Source of the DNA: Candidatus Latescibacterota bacterium
Lineage (GTDB): Bacteria > Latescibacterota > UBA2968
Assembly: GCA_965198115.1 (NCBI GenBank)
Contig: OZ240241.1
Span: 3,360,001-3,424,000, forward strand
Direction: 5' to 3'
Length of the DNA stretch: 64,000 bases
Shown here: positions 57,008 to 64,000 of the stretch, piece after piece
Position numbering within the stretch: position 1 is the first letter of the stretch
Layout of the letters: the number at the start of each line of letters is the position of its first letter
Notes under the pieces: model-generated
The model's input: only the letters and a program-made list of their open reading frames with translations
Told to the model about the DNA's origin: nothing
Databases searched by the model: none
Translations under genes and position numbers: made by a program

Positions 57008-57341
57008 CAGGCTTCTTCCCCCGAGCGTACGGCTTCGATGTGCTGTTCCACCTCACCTTGGGGCTTGCTCGACAGTGACTGCAGACGCTCGTACTGAGCC
57101 TTGAGCCGGTCGATCCATCGTTGTGTTCTGATCGTCTTGCGTTCGATCACGGGACGGGCGTCTTTCAGGGCTTCGACATCGAGCTCCAGATCCTCCAGCC
57201 GTTGCTTCTTCTGGTCGATCGTTTCGGTCAGGGAGGCGACACGGCCCTCAACGGTGAAACACGCTCGTAGTAACCCACGACGCAGTAGACGGAGAACAAC
57301 AAACTTCCCAGGATCACGACACCGAGCAGCGCGAACGTCAA
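57008..57341 (-). CDS. Small TM plus coiled-coil protein, frameshifted
   Basis: AGGAGG then TTG start with a hydrophobic helix; continues in another frame as VEGRVASLTETIDQKKQRLEDLE. Confidence 0.5.
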
Positions 57342-57507
57342 GAAGACCTCCTAAAACGAACGACCTGAATCTGGCTAAACATCGCGTAAGTATGGAATAA
57401 TTTTACAGATAGATCCCGGATTCGTCAATCGATCGTCGCCGAACAACGAAAAGGCCACGCTCCGACAGTGCCGGGCGTGGCCTCGATTCAACTCTCCTGA
57501 AAGGTCG

Positions 57508-58143
57508 TTAGAATCGACGCATGAGACTAACGACTTTGCCAGCGATGCGGAACGCCTGGAACTGGGGGTCAACAACGATCGGCTCGAAAGCCTCGTTTTC
57601 TGCTTCTAGACGTAGCGTGTCGCCATCTACGAAGTAGCGTTTGACGGTGGCTTCGTCGTCCACCACGGCTACGATAATCTCGCCCTGGTTGGCCGTGGAT
57701 TGGTGGCGCGCGAGAACGTAGTCGCCGTCGAGGATTCCCACATTCTTCATGCTATCGCCGTGGACCTGAAGGGCGAATACGTCCCCAGACGGCACGAAGC
57801 TCGGGTCGATTGCGAGTGTCTCCTCGACGTGCTCGATGGCCAGAATGGGCTCGCCCGCAGCCACGCGGCCGATCAGCGGCACCTCTCGAGCGTTCACGCT
57901 TGGCTGCACAACCGATTGGGGTGCAATCGGTTCTGTAAGCTCGATGCCCCGGGAAAGCATGGGCCGGCGGCGGATATAGCCCTTTTTTTCTAACGCCGCG
58001 AGCGTTGTTCGGACACCATTCGTGGACGCGATCCCGAACGCCTCCATCATTTCTCGAATCGTGGGCGGATACCCGTTTTGCTGAATGCCCCGTACGATGA
58101 ATTCGTAGATTTCGCGCTGTCGGTCGGTCAGTTCGCGCTTCAT
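57508..58143 (-). CDS. lexA: SOS repressor LexA
   Basis: LTDRQ.EI, GYPPTIRE, VAAGEP cleavage site, GDSM catalytic Ser and ATVKR catalytic Lys. Confidence 0.96.
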   Translation of the reverse strand: MKRELTDRQREIYEFIVRGIQQNGYPPTIREMMEAFGIASTNGVRTTLAALEKKGYIRRRPMLSRGIELTEPIAPQSVVQPSVNAREVPLIGRVAAGEPILAIEHVEETLAIDPSFVPSGDVFALQVHGDSMKNVGILDGDYVLARHQSTANQGEIIVAVVDDEATVKRYFVDGDTLRLEAENEAFEPIVVDPQFQAFRIAGKVVSLMRRF

Positions 58144-58165
58144 GCGTGCCCCTTTGGCGCGGGTT

Positions 58166-58220
58166 TGAACACCTGAATACCTGCACATCCGAATATAGTG
58201 CACATTAGTTCACACGTCAA
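58166..58220 (-). promoter_or_regulatory. lexA promoter overlapped by three candidate LexA boxes
   Basis: TTGACG-N17-TATATT on the minus strand; tandem TG(A/C)AC-N4-G(A/T)(A/T)(T/C)A sites at 58166, 58182 and 58199. Confidence 0.65.
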
Positions 58221-58237
58221 CGGGGAAGTCGGTCTTC

Positions 58238-58266
58238 TTGACAGGAAATGGGCCCGCCGGTATCTT
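58238..58266 (+). promoter_or_regulatory. Divergent sigma-70 promoter candidate
   Basis: TTGACA-N17-TATCTT. Confidence 0.6.
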
Positions 58267-58302
58267 CCCAAAACCTTGAAATTCAGTCACTAACGTCCAT
58301 TC

Positions 58303-59268
58303 ATGAAGCGATTGCGCTACAACACGTGGCAGGACCTGGCCTGGTATGGGATCACGCTGAGCGTCCCCGACGAATGGAACCCGGGCCAGCTGGTGGGCGA
58401 TCCCCGGTCGGGGAACGTCCGGCTCGACGACGCCCAGATCGTACGTGTCGAGGTCGAATGGAAAGAGGCCGGAGGAAACCCCGAAGTGGCCAGAATCGTC
58501 GACCGATACGTCGAGGGCCTGGCCAAGAACGCCCAGAAGCAGAAGCAGGCCCTCAGCGTCGAGCGCCGCGTCCCGATCGATGGGCTTGGCCACTCGGCGC
58601 TCTCCGGTGCGGAATGCTTCCGATGGAAGGGCACATTCGAAGTCACCACGCTCGCGGGCTACAGCGAAATCACCGACCGGCTGCTTTTCATCCGCGTGAT
58701 GAACCGCCCCGACGAAGACGCCAACGAGCTCCTCGCCGACCTGTTCAATTCTGTGGGCGACACCGGGCCAGACGACTGGCAGCCCTGGGGGCTTTACGGC
58801 CTGACGTGTCGAACACCACCGGATTACCCCCTCGAGGAATACGATCTCAAGTCGGGTCACATCCGGCTGCTGTTCAAGAAGGACAAAGCACTCCTCCGGA
58901 TCGACCGGCTGAGCCTCGCGCGAACGCTCCTGTCGGGCAGCACCCTCGCTGACTGGTATCGGGACTTCTTCGCCAAGGACCTCCGCTTCATCGACACGGA
59001 CATCCACGATCAGAACGATGGAACGATCACGATCGACGGAGCTCCGAAAGGGCGTGTCCAGAGTCTGCTCCAGCCCCTCCCCTTCTGGAACACACGCCCG
59101 AGGCTCTTCCTCGACGGCCGTGCGTGGGTCTCCGACGAGGAAAACAAGATCTTCGCCCTCCAATCCTTCTACGCCCGCGAGGAAGATGCCCCGAACCTCG
59201 ACCGGATCCAGGCCACGATGTCCGAACCAACCGCGGCCGAGCCCCTAGGATCGAACGAGCGTGCTTAA
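58303..59268 (+). CDS. Hypothetical protein
   Basis: Long ORF with host-like codon usage and an internal repeat pattern (WYGITL.VP..W / W.LYGL....P). Confidence 0.75.
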   Translation: MKRLRYNTWQDLAWYGITLSVPDEWNPGQLVGDPRSGNVRLDDAQIVRVEVEWKEAGGNPEVARIVDRYVEGLAKNAQKQKQALSVERRVPIDGLGHSALSGAECFRWKGTFEVTTLAGYSEITDRLLFIRVMNRPDEDANELLADLFNSVGDTGPDDWQPWGLYGLTCRTPPDYPLEEYDLKSGHIRLLFKKDKALLRIDRLSLARTLLSGSTLADWYRDFFAKDLRFIDTDIHDQNDGTITIDGAPKGRVQSLLQPLPFWNTRPRLFLDGRAWVSDEENKIFALQSFYAREEDAPNLDRIQATMSEPTAAEPLGSNERA

Positions 59269-59391
59269 CACAACTCAGTATACGGCTCCGTGGTTTTGTC
59301 CGACTCACCGGACGTTCCCTTCGGCCCAGGTTCGTTCCGGACACACAGATTCGGCGCCCGCACCCACCCGAGACATCGCGGAAATGACGTC

Positions 59392-59820
59392 GTGAATTTT
59401 CGCCGAACACCGAAAATCGGACGGGACGCCATGCTCAAATCGCGTCCGGCTCGGAACGACGCACTCGATTGGGAACGAACGGACTCCGAAGAGGTGACGA
59501 TCACCCTGACCCGGGGCACCGACTGGAAGGCGCGTATTCTGTCGAAAATCTTCTGGATCCCGGAAAGCCGGACCCTCCTTCTCGATCAGATCGGCGCGCA
59601 GGTGTGGGAAATGTGCGATGGAAAGACGTCGGTCGACGCGATGATCCGGAAGCTGAGCGAAGACCACAAACTGAACCTCAAAGAGGCCGAGGTTTCGCTC
59701 CTGAGCTACCTCCAAAGCTTGGGCAAGAAGCGACTCGTCGGCTTTCTCGTCGATAAAAAGGACCTGCCGAAGACCAAGAAAAAGGGGCCCAACGCGAGTG
59801 GGAAGGCCTGGGGCGCCTGA
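59392..59820 (+). CDS. PqqD-family (RiPP recognition element-like) protein
   Basis: LD.IG..VWEMCDG..SV..MI..L...........SL..YL..L.KKRLV pattern. Confidence 0.75.
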   Translation: MNFRRTPKIGRDAMLKSRPARNDALDWERTDSEEVTITLTRGTDWKARILSKIFWIPESRTLLLDQIGAQVWEMCDGKTSVDAMIRKLSEDHKLNLKEAEVSLLSYLQSLGKKRLVGFLVDKKDLPKTKKKGPNASGKAWGA

Positions 59821-59840
59821 CCCTATTGAAATCACTAAGC

Positions 59841-59878
59841 AAAAAAGGCTCTGCCGGTCGTCGGCAGAGCCTGATTTC
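59841..59878. terminator. Bidirectional terminator hairpin
   Basis: AAAAAAGGCTCTGCCG-loop-CGGCAGAGCCT followed by a T-rich tract. Confidence 0.75.
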
Positions 59879-59901
59879 TTTTGGGACATGGCGTGTGGAC
59901 G

Positions 59902-61425
59902 CTATCGCAACATCGCCTGGACGGCCTCTTGTGCCGGAGCGTATAGCGTCGTCGATTGCGCGGTCAGGTCCGACAAGGGCCCGAAATAGACGCCGAACAC
60001 GACGGTGCCCGCGAACAGCACGGCCAGGGTCACCGTCGCGAACGCCGGAATGCCCAGAGGCTCTCGAGTGACCGGATCTTCCAGATACATCGTGCGAGCG
60101 ATACGCCAGTAGTAGTAGAGCGATACGGCACTGTTCAACACACCGACTACCGCCAGCCACCAGAGTCCGCCCTTCACGACCGCGCTGAACAGATACACCT
60201 TGCCCGCGAATCCCGCCGTTGGCGGTAGCCCGGTTAACGACGCCAGGAAAAACGTCATGACCGCCGCCACGAAAGGCGATCGCCAGCCCAGGCCGGAAAA
60301 GTCTTTGATATCTTCGCTGCCCGTCTTATCGGCCACGAGCAACACGACGAAGAATGCGCCGAGATTCATAAAGAGGTAAACGCCGGCGTAGAACATCACG
60401 CCCTGGAGTCCAGCCGAGGACAGCATCACCACGCCCATCATCATGTAGCCGGCGTGCGCGATACTCGAGTAGGCGAGGAGCCGCTTGAGGTTGTTCTGCC
60501 AGATCGCCGTCAGATTGCCCAGTGTCATCGTGCAAGCGGAGATGATCGCCAGTAGTTCTGGCCAATTTCCGGCGAGGGATGTCCACTCCGTGCCGTCGTA
60601 GGACGACAGCCCAAGGTAGAAGAACCGCGCCAGCATCGCGAAACCGACGGCCTTGGGTGCCACGGACAGAAACGCAGTGACCGGTGTGGGGGCGCCCTCG
60701 TAGACGTCAGGACACCAGAAGTGGAACGGCACCGACGCCACCTTATATCCGAACCCGGCCATCGCCATCGTCGCGGCGAGGAACAATGTGAGGTCCAGAC
60801 CCCCCTGCGCGGCGATCCGGGCGGACACCTCGAAAACGTCGAGCGATCCCGTCAGGCCGTAGATCAGGCTGAAACCATACAACATCACGCCCGACGACAC
60901 GCCCCCGTAGACCACATACTTGAGAGCCGCTTCGTTCGATCGCTGCACGTGCCGCTGGTAGCCAGCCAGGATGAACGACGGAAGACTCACCAGCTCGAGC
61001 GACAGATACATCATGAGCAGGTTCGTCGAGGATGCCATGAAGAAACCGCCCAGGACGATCGTCAGCAGGACGGCGTAGAACTCCGCCATCTTTTCATCGA
61101 TGTCTTTCGATTGGACGCCGAACAGGACGACGACGATGGTCGTCAGGACCATCAGCAGTTTGAAGAACAAGCCGAAGTCGTCGAGCGCCATCATGCCGGC
61201 AAACAGTGAACGGGGTTCCGATCCGTATAGACCGACGATCGATGAGAGGGCCCAGACCAGACCCGCCAGCGTGAGCGACGTCATCAGCCACCACTTCTCG
61301 CCGTCGTAGATCAGATCGACCGTCACGATCACCAGAATCGAAATCGTGAGGGCGATCTCGGGCCCGGCGAAGTGGAGACTCTCCGTGTTGGAGGCGATCG
61401 CCGTTCGAAGGAATTCCGTCAACAA
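59902..61425 (-). CDS. nuoN: NADH-quinone oxidoreductase subunit N
   Basis: EAALKY, GYKVASVPFHFWCPDVYEGAPTP and KRLLAYSSIAHAGY motifs. Confidence 0.95.
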   Translation of the reverse strand: MLTEFLRTAIASNTESLHFAGPEIALTISILVIVTVDLIYDGEKWWLMTSLTLAGLVWALSSIVGLYGSEPRSLFAGMMALDDFGLFFKLLMVLTTIVVVLFGVQSKDIDEKMAEFYAVLLTIVLGGFFMASSTNLLMMYLSLELVSLPSFILAGYQRHVQRSNEAALKYVVYGGVSSGVMLYGFSLIYGLTGSLDVFEVSARIAAQGGLDLTLFLAATMAMAGFGYKVASVPFHFWCPDVYEGAPTPVTAFLSVAPKAVGFAMLARFFYLGLSSYDGTEWTSLAGNWPELLAIISACTMTLGNLTAIWQNNLKRLLAYSSIAHAGYMMMGVVMLSSAGLQGVMFYAGVYLFMNLGAFFVVLLVADKTGSEDIKDFSGLGWRSPFVAAVMTFFLASLTGLPPTAGFAGKVYLFSAVVKGGLWWLAVVGVLNSAVSLYYYWRIARTMYLEDPVTREPLGIPAFATVTLAVLFAGTVVFGVYFGPLSDLTAQSTTLYAPAQEAVQAMLR

Positions 61426-61432
61426 ACGCTCC

Positions 61433-63013
61433 TTAGAAGCCGCTCATCGCCATCCCCGAATGGGCGGACAGCGTGTGGGAAAGATCGCTCAGCGAAGCCG
61501 AGATCAGATCCAGCACGGGCATCGGGTAGACACCCAGGATGATGACGACGACAGCCAACGGCACGAGTGTCGCGATCTCGCGCGTGTTGATCTCGGGCAA
61601 GTCCTTGTTGCGTTCGCTGAAGGACCCCATGAACAACCGTTGAAACGCCCAGAGCATGTAAGCGGCACCGAGTAGCACGCCCAGCGTTCCAACGATCGTC
61701 AGCGTACGATGAACCGGGAACGCACCCAGGAAGCAAAGCGCCTCGCTGATGAAACCCGACAGACCGGGAAGACCGAGCGCGGCGAAGTAGGCGACCATCG
61801 TCAGGCTGCCATAAATCGGCATGTGTGACCAGAGTCCGCCAAACCCGAGTTGGCCGCGCAACTCCGGCTCGTGGTAATCGTTCGGAAACACGATGTATCG
61901 ATGGTGGGCGCGGTCGTAAATCACGCCCACGAGGAGGAAGAGCATCGCCGTGATCGTCCCGTGATTGAACATTTGGAACACGGCCCCGTTGATGCCGTGC
62001 ACCGTGAAAGCGGACATCCCCAGCATCACGTAGCCCATGTGGCTGATACTCGAGTAGGCGACCAGTCGTTTGAGGTCGCTTTGCGCCATGGCGCAGAACG
62101 CTCCGTAGATGATGTTGATGACACCGATCACTGCAAGGAACGTGCTGAAATACTGGGACGCATCGGGCAGCATGGGGTAGTTGAAACGCAGGATGCCGTA
62201 GGTCCCCATCTTCAGCAGCACGCCGGCCAGGATCACGCTGATCGCGGTGGGTGCTTCGACGTGAGCGTCGGGCAACCAGGTGTGGAACGGAAACAGCGGC
62301 ACCTTGATCGCGAACCCGATGAACATGGCCATCCACAGCATCAGCGGAGCAGAGCGTCCAAAGATAGTACCGGCCTTGAGCCACTCACTGTGGTTCGCCT
62401 GATCCATCATCACGAGCATGTTAAAAGTGTTTTCGCCCGTCGCTGGATCGGTCGTGTGGAAATACATCGCCAGCATCGCGAGCAGGAGCAGCACGCTCCC
62501 CGCAAGCGTAAACAGGAAGAACTTGATCGCCGCATACTCCTTGCGCGGCCCTCCCCAGATGCCGATCAGGAAATACATCGGCAGGAGCATGATCTCCCAA
62601 AACACGTAGAACAGAAAGAAGTCGAGGGAGACGAAAACACCCTGCATACCCGTCTGGAGCAACAGAAGCAGCGCGAAGTAGCCCTTCACGCCTTTGTCGA
62701 TCAACCAGGAGGCGGGGACGCAGAGGATCGTGATCAGGGCGGTCAACAACACCATCGACACGCTCAGGCCATCGATCCCGACGTGGTATTCGATGTTGAA
62801 CGACGGAATCCACGCCATCTGCACGACGAACTGCATCGCCGGATCGGCCCGATCGTAGGCATTGAACAACCAGATCGCGAGCAGCATGCAGATGCCGGTG
62901 GTCAGCAGCGCAAGCCACCGGATGGTATTCTTCTGCTCGCCCGGGATGCACAAAATCACCACAGCGCCGATCACCGGGACAAAAGTGAGAAGTGTCAGAA
63001 TCCACTGATCCAT
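61433..63013 (-). CDS. nuoM: NADH-quinone oxidoreductase subunit M
   Basis: FYVFWE, AIKVPLFPFHTWLPDAHVEAPT and LLKMGTYG motifs. Confidence 0.96.
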   Translation of the reverse strand: MDQWILTLLTFVPVIGAVVILCIPGEQKNTIRWLALLTTGICMLLAIWLFNAYDRADPAMQFVVQMAWIPSFNIEYHVGIDGLSVSMVLLTALITILCVPASWLIDKGVKGYFALLLLLQTGMQGVFVSLDFFLFYVFWEIMLLPMYFLIGIWGGPRKEYAAIKFFLFTLAGSVLLLLAMLAMYFHTTDPATGENTFNMLVMMDQANHSEWLKAGTIFGRSAPLMLWMAMFIGFAIKVPLFPFHTWLPDAHVEAPTAISVILAGVLLKMGTYGILRFNYPMLPDASQYFSTFLAVIGVINIIYGAFCAMAQSDLKRLVAYSSISHMGYVMLGMSAFTVHGINGAVFQMFNHGTITAMLFLLVGVIYDRAHHRYIVFPNDYHEPELRGQLGFGGLWSHMPIYGSLTMVAYFAALGLPGLSGFISEALCFLGAFPVHRTLTIVGTLGVLLGAAYMLWAFQRLFMGSFSERNKDLPEINTREIATLVPLAVVVIILGVYPMPVLDLISASLSDLSHTLSAHSGMAMSGF

Positions 63014-63035
63014 CCGTCGAACTCCTCCCGCTCTA

Positions 63036-64000
63036 TTAGACGACCATCCTGGCGACCATCAACACGATGATGCCAGCCAGGAGCAAGATTACATAGGTCT
63101 GAATCCGGCCGGTCTGAACGCGTCGCAGCTGCCCCCCGGCTTCGATAATCGTGTCCGCCAACAGGTTGACGAGCCCGTCGACGACCTTCTCGTCGATCAA
63201 CCCCTTCAACCACGCAATGGCGCGCGTAAAGTAGGCCGTCATGTTCACGAGTCCGTCGATGATCCACGTGTCGAACCACGATAGAACACTGCGAATGACC
63301 AACGTTCCCCGGATGAAACTCGCCCCATACATTTCGTCGAAGTACCACTTGTTGTGGAGCGCGCGGAACAGCCACGAGGTCTCTATCAGCTTGGCCTCGT
63401 GTTCCATCATCGCCTTCTGGTTCCCGTAGTAGCGCCTGTAAGCCAGGAAGATGCCGCTCGACGCCAGCACGATCGACAGGGCCATCGCGGGGTAGTGAGC
63501 CCGGTGCGCCGGGTCGTCGTGACTCCCGGCCGCCATCGCCACGCCATCCGTCCTCGGCACCTCATCGGGCGACGATGCGTGATGCCCATCCATCTGCGCG
63601 ACTTGGGTGGGCTCGTGTACCAGAGCGTGGAACCACCCCTCCCCGATCGGGTTCAGGCTGTAGAAGAACCAGAGACTGAGCGTCGACAGAACCACGAGCG
63701 GAATCGTCATCACGCGGGGCGACTCGTGAGCGTGGGACACGCGCTCATCGGCTGGCTCGCCATAGAACGTGACGAACACCAGACGGAACATGTAGTAGGC
63801 CGTCAAGAAGGCTGCACCGAAACCCATCAACGGCAGCAGGAAGTGCTGTGGATACGCAAACCCACCGAAACCCAACGCTCCTGCGAGGATCGCGTCCTTG
63901 CTCAGAAACCCGGACGTCAGCGGCACACCCGCCAGGGCGACCGTTGCCAACAGGAAAGTCGCGAACGTGATCGGCATCTGCTTCCTCAGGCCACCCATGT
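63036..64000 (-). CDS. nuoL: NADH-quinone oxidoreductase subunit L (C-terminal part; runs off the window)
   Basis: MGGLRK.MP.T, SGFLSKD.IL, HESP..M and QTG.IQ.Y motifs. Confidence 0.93.
   Translation of the reverse strand, partial: MGGLRKQMPITFATFLLATVALAGVPLTSGFLSKDAILAGALGFGGFAYPQHFLLPLMGFGAAFLTAYYMFRLVFVTFYGEPADERVSHAHESPRVMTIPLVVLSTLSLWFFYSLNPIGEGWFHALVHEPTQVAQMDGHHASSPDEVPRTDGVAMAAGSHDDPAHRAHYPAMALSIVLASSGIFLAYRRYYGNQKAMMEHEAKLIETSWLFRALHNKWYFDEMYGASFIRGTLVIRSVLSWFDTWIIDGLVNMTAYFTRAIAWLKGLIDEKVVDGLVNLLADTIIEAGGQLRRVQTGRIQTYVILLLAGIIVLMVARMVV

Overview
GC-rich bacterial chromosomal window, probably from an FCB-group organism such as Candidatus Latescibacterota (inferred from sprA, several PhyH-family and sulfatase genes, and a dockerin-like C-terminal fragment). 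The left half (about 1-32 kb) is an accessory region of catabolic genes, gene remnants, dispersed palindromic and periodic repeats, and seven IS copies (IS1380, two ISL3, IS1182, ISAzo13, two IS256) whose ends and target duplications can be read directly. The right half is mostly housekeeping: wecB, tRNA-His, tRNA-Arg, nth, one IS200, lptFG, sprA, comEA, coaD, obgE, dprA, lexA and nuoLMN. The standout feature is 8576..11740, a single 1054-aa ORF that is a miniaturised in-frame fusion of RNA polymerase beta and beta-prime. It keeps the DFDGD catalytic triad, the beta-side catalytic residues and the sigma-binding clamp helices. It appears to lack the lobe, flap, zinc-binding domain, rudder, trigger loop and jaw. 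It lies directly downstream of an ECF sigma factor gene that is preceded by two ECF-type promoter motifs, which suggests a dedicated two-gene mini-RNA-polymerase system. All protein assignments come from motif recognition by eye, with no database search; E. coli residue numbers come from manual alignment to remembered sequences.
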